Source: the human T2T-CHM13v2.0 reference genome, Homo sapiens
Reading direction: 5' to 3' (one strand)
Assembly: GCF_009914755.1 (NCBI RefSeq)
Contig: NC_060933.1
Length of the DNA stretch: 64,000 nucleotides
Positions 1 to 13,925 of the stretch are shown here, in pieces. The notes below the pieces were generated by a model, which saw only the letters and a program-made list of their open reading frames with translations, made no database searches and was not told the DNA's origin. The number at the start of each line of letters is the position of its first letter. Within the stretch, counting starts at the first letter, position 1. The translations under genes and the position numbers were made by a program.

Positions 1-151
1 TTTTAAAAACCCACTAGTTAGCTCTTCTAAAATTACGGATGGTGGTAAATGAATAGACAATTTGACAAGCCAGAGGATGCTCATGGTATGGTCCCCTCTA
101 CTCAATGTATCTCAAGATAATCCTAGACAAGATGAACACAAGAAGCAAAAT

Positions 152-328
152 AACTCTTACTAGCTGTGTGACTTTAGGCAAGTTGTTTAACCAGAGTCTC
201 AGTTTCCTCATTTTAAGAGAAGGCTAATGGCAGTATCTACTTCTTGGGTTTTTAGGACAGTTACATTAAACCATGTACATGAAGTCCCCGCCCTAAGGTA
301 AGTCCTCAATAAATATTTGTTGTATTAC
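152..328 (+). mobile_element. MIR SINE
   Basis: MIR core: cttactagctgtgtgactttaggcaagttgtttaacc...ctcagtttcctcatttt, ending ctcaataaatatttgttgtatta. Confidence 0.8.
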
Positions 329-557
329 TCTTTCTAAGACACTAGTAATCTTTACCTATACTAAAAAGCCCCAGTGGTTCTCCCTTCTCTTAACAAAAAT
401 CTTATGCATTCTTCAAGTCCCACCACCTCCTCCAGGAAAATCTCCCTTGATTACTTCAATACACAATGTAGTGATTTCTTTTTTTCTGGATTTCCAAACC
501 ATTTGCTACAAATGTGTGTCTGATACCCTTATCTTATTTTGTCATAAACTGAATTTC

Positions 558-1296
<739 letters not shown>

Positions 1297-1679
1297 ATTT
1301 TAGCTTTTGCACATTTTAAATTGTTCCACTAGGTTCATTAGCTCTTTGATCATAGGAATGCTTCACATTTGTCTTTGCCCTCTGTGTTGTTCAACATATA
1401 CAGTGGGTGCTCAACATTTTGCCACTTGATAGGAGCCTATAAAGAAGCAACCATTTCACAAAGACAGCTTTGCTATGTGCTATTAATCTATCTGACCTTA
1501 TGCAGTTAAAAATACCTCCACGCACACACAAAAACCTTGCAGGTCTATCACTGTTTGAGTTGTAAACAATGGGGAAAATGCCAAACATGAAAACAGAGTG
1601 AAAATATTACAATGGGATAGTCGAAGTGAATGCATACTGACACATCCTTACCCCCTAACAAAAAGCTAAGATCAGTCGA

Positions 1680-1990
1680 ATTCATGTCACAGGGAACTGG
1701 TCCAAAAAATCAGCAATGTTTCACCTAGAGAAAAGAAAAATGTAGCTGGCACAGAGGGCAATAAAAAAGTATCTTCAAATAGCTGAAAGGCTATTACAAA
1801 AAAAAAAAGACTAGGTATGTTCTGTATTGCACTAGACAATAACAACACCAGAATCAATGTTTAGATGTTACAGAGAGATACATCTTTATATAATGAGGAA
1901 GAACTGTCCTACAAAGATGGCCCAAGGTCCAATAGTCAACCTCAGGAAGTAGGCAAATTCCTGCTCCAGTAGTACTCAAGTACAAGGTGT
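1680..1990 (+). mobile_element. L3/CR1 LINE fragment
   Basis: CR1-like atgtttcacctagagaaaagaa...tatcttcaaatagctgaaaggctatt...ataatgaggaagaact. Confidence 0.6.
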
Positions 1991-2044
1991 GGCATAGAGT
2001 AGCAATTTAACATTTTTACATGAATGAATGAGTGAATAGGCTGG

Positions 2045-2210
2045 CAGTGTTTCTCAACCGGGACTACTAATTCTTCCTAAAAGGTGTTTGGAAATGCACT
2101 GAGGCACATAGTGAGAAGCAAAGATGTTAAACAATGCAGTGAAGGATGTCCCCACACAAGAAATTACCACCACACAAAATGCCAACAGCATCTCTCTTGA
2201 GAAATATTGA
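2045..2210 (+). mobile_element. MER20-like hAT-Charlie element
   Basis: Termini cagtgtttctcaaccggg and aaaatgccaacagca...ttgagaaatattg. Confidence 0.55.
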
Positions 2211-2254
2211 GAAATACTGAGCTAGACAAATCCTGGAGGGAATGTTTTAAAGAT

Positions 2255-2850
2255 CAACATTCAATCATGAAGTAAGTGTTTATTGAGTGACTGGCAAGTT
2301 TCAAGCACATTGCTAAAACTTTAGGGTTAAAAGGCTGCACAAGATAGTTTCTTCTTACAAGAGGCTCGAGACTAATGGGAGAGAAAAAGTAACCAGTTTC
2401 AAGAGAGTGAAAAATGGCTAATCTAGAAATCTGAACAGGCACGGATAGGACAGAGGGCTCCTCTAACTATTGGGGTGTGGGGCAGTTCAAAGGATAGGGA
2501 GGCCTCTCAGAGGCCTTGAAGTTGGGTTTTGTAGAATATGTACAGGAATTTGCCAAGATGGAATAAGAAATTCCAGAGAGAGAAAACAGTAGGGGGTTAA
2601 GGAACAGAAGTGTGAGAAAACATGGTGCTAGAGGTCTGAGAAAGCAATCCATGTAGAAAAGAATTACTTTTGTCATACTTACATTTGGGTAACTGGTATA
2701 TTTTGTAAACACTCCCACACAGAGCATATTATGAGAACCTAAGCACTGTTTGAGTGAAACTTGAGTATGGGCACTGCTGAAAAAGGAGACTGGGGAGTTG
2801 AGGACATGTTCTTTGCAACCCTGGGAATCTGACTTTTTAGAGGAGAGGGG
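2255..2850 (-). mobile_element. L2 LINE 3' fragment
   Basis: caacattcaatc...gtgtttattgagtgact...agcacattgcta followed by purine-rich L2 body. Confidence 0.65.
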
Positions 2851-2899
2851 AAGAGTTATGTCTGGGTTACCATAGGATGAGCAGAGACCAAGGCCCTCA

Positions 2900-3260
2900 T
2901 CTTACACCACTCTCCTCCTTCTCCCTGCTCACTCTGCTCCAGCAACATGGGCTTGCTTTCTGCTGCTTGAGCTCAGAGCTAAGCTTATTCTCCCAACAAA
3001 GTATTTGCATGTGCTCTTCCCTCTCCGTAGAACACTCCTTCCCAGCCTTGAGATCTCATTTCAGTAGCACCTCCTCAAAGAGGCCTTCTCTTGTCCACCC
3101 AATCTAAAATAGCATCAACTGAAATGTTCACATTCTTTCACTTGATTATTGCTTGTCTTCACAACTAGAGTGCAAGTTCCATGAAAGCAAGACTGCCAAG
3201 GCCTTGTTACTTGTATAGTCCAGAACTATGGGTACCACTAGACCATTTATTCACACCTGG
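2900..3260 (+). mobile_element. L2 LINE fragment
   Basis: cacctcctcaaagaggccttctct...ctagagtgcaagttccatgaaagcaagact. Confidence 0.65.
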
Positions 3261-3399
3261 CCATTTCATCCTATGACAGATAAGGAGAAAATGGACCAGA
3301 GGAGAACACACATGGGATGGTTAGGAGACTCCACACCACAGTCTATGAAGAAGAAGCTACTGTCTGGTCCACCTAAAAACCTGAATGAGAATAGAAAAA

Positions 3400-3715
3400 A
3401 CTTGGAAACCATGTGCTTTGGGAGAAAACTGCAGGGCCTGGGATATTCAGCCCCAGTAAAAAGTACTCTCAGATGGTGCATCCTCTTTTCATATGTCTGG
3501 AGGTATCATGTGGAAGGAGGACTGGAACTGCTCTGGATGACACACCAGGTGAAAGACCACAAGGTAGAAGACAAGTGAGAAAGTAAGATTTCAGCTCCAC
3601 ATGAGGAAGAATAGTAACAGGCAAAGTGACAGTCGAAAGTTCACAAGGGCATTTCAGAAGGTTCCAGGTTCCCATCAGCAGAACTGTTTAAGCAGAAGCT
3701 GGCTAACCAATCCAA
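3400..3715 (+). mobile_element. L3/CR1 LINE fragment
   Basis: ggaaaccatgtg...ctgggatattcagcc...gatttcagctccacatgaggaagaa...gtttaagcagaagctgg. Confidence 0.6.
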
Positions 3716-3756
3716 TAGGGTTGAAAAGCTCAAGCCTTAGGTTACAGAGCAGACAA

Positions 3757-3952
3757 AATAACTAACATTTGTATGTCACTAACTGCATGCCGGGAGCAAT
3801 CTTTGAGGTACACGACAAATATGAACTCATTTAATCCTTACAACAACCTGAGAAGGCAGGTGCTTCTGTCATCATTTTACAGCACAGACTAAGACACAGA
3901 AGTCAAATAACCTGACCGAGTTCACCTTGCCAGGAAATGGCAGAGCCAGCTT
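3757..3952 (-). mobile_element. MIR SINE
   Basis: ctcatttaatccttacaacaacc...cattttacag...ggaaatggcagagcc. Confidence 0.8.
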
Positions 3953-5947
3953 TTTAAATGACCTTTAATGTGTCCTCTAAATTTCACAGTAATTTTTTTA
4001 TGCCTCCACTAGCAATGAGTTGCTATCCTATTTTTATCATCTCCAGGGAAAAAGCTTTCCAAAATGTCCAAGTGTGACTGTCCAGCACCATGGGGGCTCA
4101 GAGTGTAGGTGGCACATAACACTGTACTTCAGTACTTGCATAGAACAGTCATTCTGAAAAGCTGTGCTGAATGAGGGACACAGCCCTTGGTGTAGCACAT
4201 ATTTCTTTATTTTTATTGTCTATATCCCCATAACCTTCAGATCCACAAGGAAAAGGATTTTTTCTGTTATCGTTGACTGCTATGTTCCCAAGTGTTAAAT
4301 AAATATTTGTTGAAAATAGAAAAGAAAGGAAAGAAGAGAAGGAGGAACAAAGTCGGTATCTTCAAGGATTCTCCACCTTGGACTCGGCACATTAGCTTCT
4401 ATGCGGGCCTTTTCATTTGAACGTATCAAGAGAAAAACCACTAGGAGCCCAGATCTCAGACAAACTAAACATGTAGCTTTTGTGGTTTTCAAGAGAATCC
4501 ATTGCAAACAGTTTGGTTTCTAGGTTAAAAGAAAAACAAAAACAAGCATTTTTCAAGCAAGGTAGCTGAAGCACAGATAAAAGTTTAGAGTACATCTCTG
4601 GGTTGCTGTCAAAATCCCTTTCTGATTAAATGTAATAAAAGAGAGTCAATACTAAAATGTTAATAAAATGATGTTTTTCCCCTAGTCGCTAGCATCTAAT
4701 AAAGGTGTTTTGATCCTATTTATGAAATAAATTATATTACTTAGTACCCAAAGGTGTGATTTTGTCTGTGGGAGGTAATCATATTCTAATTTAATGACAG
4801 AGAGGAAAAATCATGCATGACTAAAATAGCTGTAACACAGGCTATCCAGCTTTAAGAAGACTTACATCTTGAAAGGGGCTACAGACATGCCAATGCTTGT
4901 TAAAGTATTAAAATTAACATGTTTAAATTTTTTCATTTACTATATATTCAGTGTGCCTTCTTCCAGATCCCATAAGCCCACACTATCTTTCTCATGCATA
5001 TTTAATCTTTTTTTCCCTGGGAAGTCAACTCCACAACCACCCCTCCAGAAAAAGAACTGTAAACAAGGCTGAAGGGAAAAGTGAGACAGGGAGATGAGGC
5101 GAGAGCAATGCAAAAGGACAGATGGCTAAGAAAAGCAGAGCATCCTAGAGTCACCCTCAAAGGAAGAGAGAGACAATTAGAACCAGAAGGGAGCAGATTC
5201 ATTTCGGAGGCATTTAAGGCTCTAATATCTTCCCCAAGCGGAGAAATGGGTTCTATTTTGAGGCAAAGGGGAGGCTTATGAATACTTTATAATGTTTGCA
5301 TTAGACAGCCTATGTCAGCATGAATAGATTGCATCCTTTGGGTGAGTAAGCCACTCCCTGGTCAGTGGTTAGAAATTTTAAATGTCTTTCCTGAAGCAAA
5401 CTTCCTGGGAGCAGTTGAGTCACCAACTAAGGTGATTTAGAGGCAGACAGAAAACCTTTAATGGAGGAATAATGAACTACTCTGCATGCATCCATTAGGC
5501 CCCAAGAGTATAGGAGGCCTCCCAACAGGGTTCAGCAGAAAACCATTAGTGCAGCCACATTTTGAACTGTATGAAGACAACTGGGGAAGAACCTAAAGCG
5601 TAAACTCTCTCTTCAGCCACACCAACATCATTTTCTACCTTAAGCTGGGATGGCATGACTGGTATGTGATTTCGTAAGAAAAAAGGGGTCAGTATGATTT
5701 ATTAAAATTCTAATCATTCAATCAAAATTTCTGGTGAGAATTCCCTTGTCTAATACTTGGGCAACCATAACTAAGGCCATCCTGCTGTCCAAGCACATTT
5801 TTGTTTCAAGTGAGTAAGGCAAGTGCTGTGCCTGAGTTATATAGGAAATACATGCTTTCCTATAAGATTGCTAAGGGCTAACTAAATTCTAGGCCTAATT
5901 AATTTCATTAAAATGACACTTGGTTTGAAAAATATTTTAGTTTCACT

Positions 5948-6420
5948 TCTCTCAGAAGTAGATCAAGAGGTGGATATTAGAATGCAAGTGGGAGGTGATT
6001 TGGGGCAACTCCTGCAAAAACATGAGACAGGAAAAAGGAAGTGAGCTAATAAAAGGTTCATTGTCAATAAATTACCACAATGGGCAAGTGGCGCTTAATC
6101 TCACTGGGGAATTCTAGGAAGCAGCATGGAAAATGTGCCTCAAAACTTAACCCGCCTGAGAGAGGAAGTATAGTCATATACCAGCTCCCCATTATGGGAT
6201 GCTGGGGGTGGGAAAAAGGCCTTAATTGTCCAGCACTTTCCAACCTGCTGCCTGCCTGAGGGTGGAAGAGTGGGTGGTGGTTGAGGGAGAAAGCCGAGTG
6301 GGTTTCAGCAGCCACGGAAAGCACTTAAGGAGAAAGAAGCTGGTGCTTGCACCAGAGGTCAAGCCCAGTGTGCACTGAAATGGCAGGGGTCTAGGGCAGC
6401 AAGAGCAACTGCTGCTGCAG
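5948..6420 (-). mobile_element. LTR33-like ERVL solo LTR
   Basis: cagaagtaga...gaatgcaagt...ctaataaaagg...accacaatgggcaagtgg...cactggggaattctagg resembles reversed LTR33. Confidence 0.6.
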
Positions 6421-9199
6421 GAAGAAAAGTCAAAAAGGAAGCAAGCGCCAGTGGACTATAGCGAACTAGAAAACATGGGCTTTCAGTGTCGCTTGTAGAT
6501 ACTAACATTCGTTACAGGCTTCAATCCAACCAAAAAAAGTTACTCATATACCCCCAGCAGCTGCAGCCACACAACCACTACCACCACCCAGTGCCCAGAA
6601 TGCTTAGGTGGAAGACAAAGCTGGATTGTTCTGCTTAATAAGGGGTGTGGAACTTAAAGTGCCCTAAGAGAATCAAGGAAAGAGGACAGATGCCTAGGAA
6701 CCTGGGTACTGTGTGAAAGTTGAGGAAGAAAAAAAAAAAAAATCACCACCCCTACTCTCCATTCTGCTCTAGGAAGAATAGCTATGTAGAAAAGACTGGA
6801 GAAAAGAAATCTGTAACAGACGATTTTTCATAGTTTCTTGTTTCTTAATGTGAGACACACATATGCACATACAATAAACTTCCTCTCCCCTCTATTCTTA
6901 AAAACCTTCAGTGCAAACTACATTATCCACTAACACTTTGGTAGGAGGTGATTCTAGAGTCACTCGGAAGGTTGCCATGCCCTACATCTGAGGTGGGCAT
7001 TGACAAGGGGACAGTGCACTTCCTAGCTATATCCCTGTTCAGAGCACTTTCTAACATACCAGAGCTCCACAACAAGTCACTCGTTCGCTGATTCAGTCTC
7101 AGATGTACATTTTGGTGTTTCCCCCACCGAGATCCCCCATTAGATGTTTTAAAAATTGAGACCAACATGAAACTCTGACTTCTGGGGTAAAAACTCCCAG
7201 CAGTTTTAATATATTGGGATAACCACATAGCTCTTATCAGTTAAAGAGTATGTATTAAGATTGCCACAATCCCCACCACTCTTTTTGTTTCCCATACATT
7301 ACACTTGCACTGATTTTTCCCAGGAAATCCTAGCAAAAACGTGTCTAGCAAACATGGAAAAAGGAAAACTACTGCTAGCCAGAGCACTGCATGATTCTAG
7401 AACAAAAGAGAATGTATACTTCTCTGTGGAAATGAAGAACAATCCTAAGTCTAAAACAAAAAGTGTGTGTTGTGTTTGAAGTTTCTGGAGTCCTTGAGAC
7501 TGACCTTTATGCTCAGAAAAGATTACTCTGATGGCACTTTGGTTTTAAATATTAATATTTGATTTTTCAGGTTATAAATTTAAAAGTCTAAAATAAATAA
7601 ATTTAAAAGCCTACTTTTTCCTTCAGCTTACAAATATAATTCTGTTTATAATCTAGGAAAGTTTAGCAACTGCTTTTAAGGGTACTTAGAGGAATATTTA
7701 GCACCATTTATAAATAGTTAACTAAACCTCTTCAAACATTTTTAAATTCATTTATAAATTTAATATATTTGATTTCCTTTAAGTACTTCAATTGTCTGAC
7801 TTTAAACCTTCCTGGGTAATTAAATAAATCTCTGAAATCTAATGAATTAAATTTATAAATATGGTGAATCAAATTCATTTAAATATTCCAGCACTGTAGA
7901 TCAATTTAGTAATATTTCAACCTAAAACCATAAGCCTAAGTCAATTACTCAATTATGCATTTTATATTGGAATTATAAGGCTGGTCTGTTTAACAGAACA
8001 AATTCTCTTAAGCATTACAAAAACTTAAATACCAAATAAACACGGATTCCTTTTTTACACAAAAGCATGTTGTGTTAGTTTTGATTCTCTCAAATACTGC
8101 TATATTTAAAGCTTTACTCTTTTAACTCCCTAGTTGAAAGAGATGATGACTTCTTTTCCAACTAATGAACACCACTGTTGATTTTGACCAAGTCATTAGA
8201 GTCTTCGCAAAATTGATGGGAGATCATGAGCCCTATTTATAGACTATGTGAGGGACTTCAAACTAAAGTTGGTGGTCATGTAACTTAGTTCCTAAGATTT
8301 GAGTCACATTGTAACCAAACTGCAAATGAGATTAGAGTTTCTAACTGTCACTCAGGTAGCTATACCACTTGGCTGGATTCTATAGTTCTTCCGCTCCTAA
8401 AATATATAAATATCTCCCCTTTTAAATCTAAAGACCTGTGATATAATGGCAGAATACTCATTCTTTTTCTGTATTTCCCAACTCTGCCCCACCCTATAAT
8501 GTCTGTTATGGACATTAAAATGATATTGTCCAAATGGATTCCTGACATTTCAAACAGATTTTGTCTATTTGGTCACGATGTCCAAGACAGTTCTACTGAC
8601 AGTGCTATATGGAAAGACCACACCAAGTCCCCTCTACTTATCAGTTCCTGGTAGGTATCTGCTATGATCACCTGTGAGATACACCATACTATGAGTTTGG
8701 AAATCCAAAGGCTGTTAATGTATGGATTTCAGGCAAACTGTATAAGCACTCAAGTTAAAAATGAAAGGGGCAGGGATGTATTGTTTAATGATTCTTAACT
8801 TTTTGCAGGTCACCGACACTTTACAGAATCTGATAAATGTTATGAACCTTCTGCACAAAAACACACAAACCCTGTAGTTTATAATTTCCAGGATTTTGTG
8901 TTTCCCCTGACATTCACCAACAGATACCACGTTACAAGAAACAACACAAAACCTTGGACTAGATGGATCTCTAAGGTCCTTTTCCCAACATGGTCCTGAA
9001 AACACAATCCATCAAAGTGACGCATTACAGAGGAGGTATCAGAAATTTGTTTTGGAGGATTGGTTTTCACAACGACTAATATAGAGAGCTCATCATAATC
9101 AAAGCAGAATAAAGTTCAATGGAAATTAAACAGACTAAATTTTCTTTCTTTTCCAAAATTTTCTGTAGTCTGTCCTAATTTTCATTGACATGTATGGCA

Positions 9200-9400
9200 G
9201 AAGTAGGGTAGAGTGAAAAAGTAACCTAGAAGGTTAGAAAAGATAATTTTATTCAGCTTGGAGAAATAACAGTGAAGAAAATCTTTATGATGGGTATTCC
9301 AAGTATGTAAAGGGCTTTTATACAATGCAAGATAATAAGCTTATTCTCCATCATTACTAAAGATAAAATATAATTTCAAGATAATAGAACATTTTGGGGT
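9200..9400 (+). mobile_element. L3/CR1 fragment
   Basis: ttattcagcttggagaaa...tattccaagtatgtaaagggctttta...gcttattctccatc. Confidence 0.45.
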
Positions 9401-10310
9401 TTTGTTTGGTTGGTTTTTGGATGAGTTACTTAAGATAAAAATGGAAACAACTTATCTGGAAATCACAACCTCCAGTGTTCCTCATTTGTCTGGGATTATT
9501 AAGAACTACTAAACAGCAAGAGGAACCACATGTTTTGTGAATGAATGAATATGAATGAATGACCTCTTAATATTCCTTTCAAACTGGTAAGTCGACATAC
9601 TTCATTGCAAATTATGTCGTTTTTCTATTTGTTTAAGCAGTTGTTTCATCTACACACTCTACGCTATTTACTAAACAGAAATAATCCTATTTCATATCAT
9701 TGTATTTTTTAGAGTCTACATTTTATCTGTTAATATCAATTCTGTTGAGTTTAAATTCCCCATTGATAGCATAAGTTTAAAGAAAGAGTTACAGCTACTT
9801 AAGAGTCTCTTTGGGCCCTCTATGTGCTAAAAGCTAAAGGCAAACTTCTAATATGGTTTTACCTTGTGGAGTATTTTTGGAGGTTTAGTGGGTTTTGAAA
9901 TTATTTTATCTGCAGAGCCCCCCAACAAAGCCAGGGCTCCTGCACTGAACACATTCAATGCTTGGGTTTAAGCTGCCTGGCTCATAGAGTAACAAAGAAA
10001 ACAAAGCTCTCATGCATGAGTCCGTCAACAAAAGCAACACATTTTCTTTAAAGTTTCAGTTCAATAAATGTTTGCCTTACGGGAAAGATCTTTTTGCTTT
10101 TTGAGACTTTTTCCTCAAATGCTCTCATTTTAAATCACGTTTAAAAAAAATGCCTTTTTTGTTGTTGCTAGAGATGGGACTCTCCAAGGTGCCTACAGCA
10201 ACAATGAGGTTGTAGTGAACTGAAAGGCAAAAGGCTTGAAATTTATGACCTTGGGTAAGCCCTTACACCGGTATGGTAAGAGGTAATGAGAGTAAGGTAT
10301 ATAAAAATGA

Positions 10311-11423
10311 ATAGACCTAAAACCGTAAAAACCCTAGAGGGAAACCTAGGCAATACCATTCGGGATATAGGCATGGGCAAAGACTTCATGACTAAAGCAC
10401 CAAAAGCAATGGCAACAAAAGCCAAAATTGACAAATGGGATCTAATTAAACTCAAGAGCTTCTGCACAGCAAAAGAAACTATCATCAGAGTGAACAAGCA
10501 ACCTACAGAATGGGAGAAAATTTTTGCAATCTATCCATCTGACAAAAGCTAATATTCAGAATCTACAAGAAACTTCAAAAAATTCACAAGAAAAAAACAA
10601 CCCCATCAAAAAGTGGGCAAAGGATATGAACAGACACTTCTCAAAAGAAGACATTTATGTGGCCAACAAACATGTGAAAAAAAGCTCATTATCACTGTTC
10701 ATCAGAGAAATGCAAATCAAAACCACAATGAGATACCATCTCACACCAGTCAGAATGGCGATCATTGAAAAGTCAGCAAACAACAGATGCTGGAGAGGAT
10801 GTGGAGAAATAGGAATGCTTTTACACTGTTGGTGGGACTGTAAATTAGCTCAACCATTGTGGACAAGAGTGTGGTGATTCCTCAAGGATCTAGAACGAGA
10901 AATACCATTTGACCCAGCAATCTCATTACTGGATATATACCCAAAAGATTATAAATCATTCTACTATAAAGACACATGCACATGTATGTTTATTGCAGCA
11001 CTATTCACAATAGCAAAGACTTGGAACCAACCCAAATGCCCATCAATGATAGACTGGATAAAGAAAATGTGGCACATATATACCAGGGAATACTATGCAG
11101 CCATAAAAAAGGATGAGTTCCTATCCTTTGCAGGGACATAGATAAAGCTGGAAGCCGTTATTCTCAGCAAACTACACAGGAACAGAAAACTAAATACCGC
11201 ATGTTCTCACTCATAAGTGGGACTTGAATAATGAGACTACATGAACATAGGGAGGGGAACATCACACACTGGGGCCTGTCGAGGGTTGGGGGCTGGGGGA
11301 GGGATAGCATTAGGAGAAATACCTAATGTAGATGATGAGTTGATGGGTGCAGCAAACCACCATGGCACGTGTATACCTGTGTAACAAACCTGCACATTCT
11401 GCTCATGTATCCCAGAACTTAAA

Positions 11424-11424
<1 letters not shown>
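10311..11424 (+). mobile_element. 5'-truncated L1PA (L1PA7-like): ORF2 C-terminus and 3'UTR
   Basis: ORFs 10286-10877 give L1 ORF2p peptides ([23 protein letters not shown]; [13 protein letters not shown]...[10 protein letters not shown]) broken by a frameshift; 3'UTR G-tract; TSD-like tatataaaaatgaatagac (10298) / tatataaaaggatagac (11479). Confidence 0.97.

Positions 11425-11484
<60 letters not shown>
11425..11484. repeat. Perfect (TA)30 microsatellite in place of the L1 poly(A) tail
   Basis: Direct reading. Confidence 0.98.
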
Positions 11485-11488
<4 letters not shown>

Positions 11489-12094
11489 GATAGACAGTGA
11501 GAATGCAGAGACTAAATGTCTTCAGGAGATGGGCAGCTACCATAAAAATGTGACTTTGGAGACTGCATGCTTCCTCTAATGCCATTCAAATCTGAATTTT
11601 AAAAAAAATCAGCAAAAAAGATGTACATAAGGTGGATTAAATCCGAGCATTCAGAGTGAGGTGTTTTTGTCCCCTCCAACACTCCTCATCTATAAAGAAG
11701 TTGGCAAATCTCCATGGATCTTCGCCTTGTAGAAGAAGTGGCCTAGAAGTAAAAATAACTTCTATGAAGTTCCTCAGTGCTGCTATAACCAAACCTGTCA
11801 ATATGTTAGTAAATGTTTCTATTTTGCCCTCACTTTCCTTAGGGCCAAGTCACTGTTTTCAACACCGCATATTTTTCATAGAACACTCCAATTACCAATT
11901 GGGGAAAAAAATGCTTCATATTTATGCTGAACTAAAACATGCCATACACTAGAACTTAAAGTCAGAATATGCAAATCCCTAAAATAAAGCAAAATGACAA
12001 GTCACCACAGGAGATGTATTTTAGTCCAATCATATATAAAATCCAGAAATTATGCTAAGTTGGCAATCACTAAAAAAGGCATGTATTCCTCTAT

Positions 12095-12410
12095 TCATTC
12101 ATCCAATTATCCATTCATTTTTAAAATTCAGTCATCATATACTGCACTCCTATTATGTGCTAGGCACTGAGGATAAAAAGATGAAAGAAACAGACACATC
12201 TTTCAAGGGGATACTGCCTGGAATCTGACAAGAGACATGGTGTTGATCATAAGACAGTGTATGAGAGGACTACAGATGCTGTTCTGAGCAAAGAGAAGGG
12301 ATACCTTGCTCAGATAAGGGAGGAGATGGGAGCTTTAAAGGTTTCTTGAATAAAGAGTTTTAAATGATAAGCAGGAGATAGTTGGGTAAAAAGAAGAATA
12401 GTACTTTAAA
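12095..12410 (-). mobile_element. L2 3' fragment
   Basis: attcattcatccaatt...ctattatgtgctaggcactgaggataaaaagatgaa. Confidence 0.65.
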
Positions 12411-12654
12411 GCTAATAGTTGTTTTTCACATGTAACAACAAAACACATTCCCAGTATGTAAAAGTTTTCCGTGTCTTTTATATCCATGGAAAACTCAGAT
12501 CAGATCTAAGGATAGCACACAAAATTCTCTCTGAAGCCCAGGGAAAGTTGGCATGATTTTTCCTAACACAAGCCCTACTGATTCCTCTGATGGCACTGGG
12601 GACATACAGTGCAAACTCCATGACATCTCAAATACATGGAGCTTGGAGAAGACA

Positions 12655-12686
12655 GCAGTTAAAATCCCCTCTCTTTCCCTTGCGCG

Positions 12687-12729
<43 letters not shown>

Positions 12730-12756
12730 CAGTTAAAATCCCCTTTCCCTGGCGCG

Positions 12757-12795
<39 letters not shown>
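12655..12795. repeat. Two-unit tandem duplication (period 74), each unit = unique flank + gcgcg + (CA)n
   Basis: gcagttaaaatcccct...(ca)n begins at 12655 and again at 12729. Confidence 0.95.
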
Positions 12796-12799
<4 letters not shown>

Positions 12800-13233
12800 T
12801 CTTACGAAAAGTCCCAGAGTCTTAAAGACCTATCTGCAAAGGAACATTCAATGGCCCTTTCAACCAGTGAACTAAATTTAAAAGAAACTATCTTATAAAA
12901 ATAGTTATAAATACACTTAACAAAGAAGATTAATTCTTGAGACTCCTTGCATATTCCAAGTGAGCCAGAGGAGCTGTATCTTCATCCTTCCTCCTTGCTG
13001 AAGTTACTTTTGTTTTCAGCTCACTGAACTTTTATCAGTACTAATTGGGACATTCTTCCCGCCAGGGCTTAGCATTTTCAGATGTTTTTGTAGGTACTGA
13101 TTTAATGGCACTGACATTAAGGTTTCTATCCACTGGGTCACATAAAAGCCAACTAGAACAGGCTGCAAAAGAAGCAGAGTGTTGAATATCAAAAGGAGTG
13201 GGTGGTCAGGAAGAGGACTGTCAATGTGCTTAC

Positions 13234-13249
13234 CCCGCTGGACAGACAT
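13234..13249 (-). other. Candidate 3' end of a first exon: ATG TCT GTC CAG CGG G|gtaagc (MSVQR, phase 1)
   Basis: A at -3 of the ATG (atcATG) and a good donor GGG|GTAAGC in non-repeat sequence; no transcript evidence. Confidence 0.25.
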
Positions 13250-13714
13250 GATAGCTGGTGCTGGCTCTAGTTATTAGCACAGCATGTTGAAGGTCTACTG
13301 AGAGTTTCTATTGAGCCTCCTCCTGATGGGATAAAGCTCAGGAAGGAGGAGAAGGCTACAGTCTATCTTTGATTTTGCAGACACTGAATCAAATATTCCC
13401 ATCTCGGTAAAATAGCAGAGACACATGTCAATCTCCAAATCAGCTTTCTGAGCCTTTCTTAAAAGGTTCCGATCAATTTGGCCACCCTGGTGAAACCTGG
13501 GCATTGCTATAAAAAAATTCAGACCCAAAGAAAGATGCAGTACTTTGAGGGGGAGAGAGCAGAGGTATGAGGTATGGCCAAGAGTTGAGTTTTTTAAGCC
13601 AGCCTTGAATCAGTTGCTGCCTAAATTCTGTTGGAGCCAGACAAGTATTTGAGGGAAGCAAGCGTGGGAAGTACTTAGAGAACAGAGAATCAGGACAAAG
13701 TGGCAAGTCCAGGC

Positions 13715-13925
13715 CCTATCCAAAGGGCAGCCACTATTCAACTCTAACCCAATGTTTTGCCATGACAGCATGCAGGTCTAGTATGGCAAATGTGATATTT
13801 TAAGAGAAGTGAAAATACAAATTTTATTGTGAAATCTCCCAATTCTGAAATGTTGGCAATGAAAGTAAAAGTCATCCAGGTCAAAAAATACACCTGGTGC
13901 TAGATGCAGCTGAGCAACCACTGGT
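13715..13925. mobile_element. MER102-like hAT-Charlie element
   Basis: aagggcagccactattcaactc...ttttattgtgaaatctccca...aaatgttggcaa. Confidence 0.55.

Noticed and set aside
7540-7990. Very AT-rich stretch with short internal repeats
   Set aside because: Low complexity; no defined element or periodic array could be supported
10243-10877. ORFs with clear protein similarity
   Set aside because: Frameshifted remnants of L1 ORF2 in a truncated element, not a gene
12495-12825. CVCVCV / HTHTHT peptides (also at 29653, 32424, 63106)
   Set aside because: Microsatellite translations
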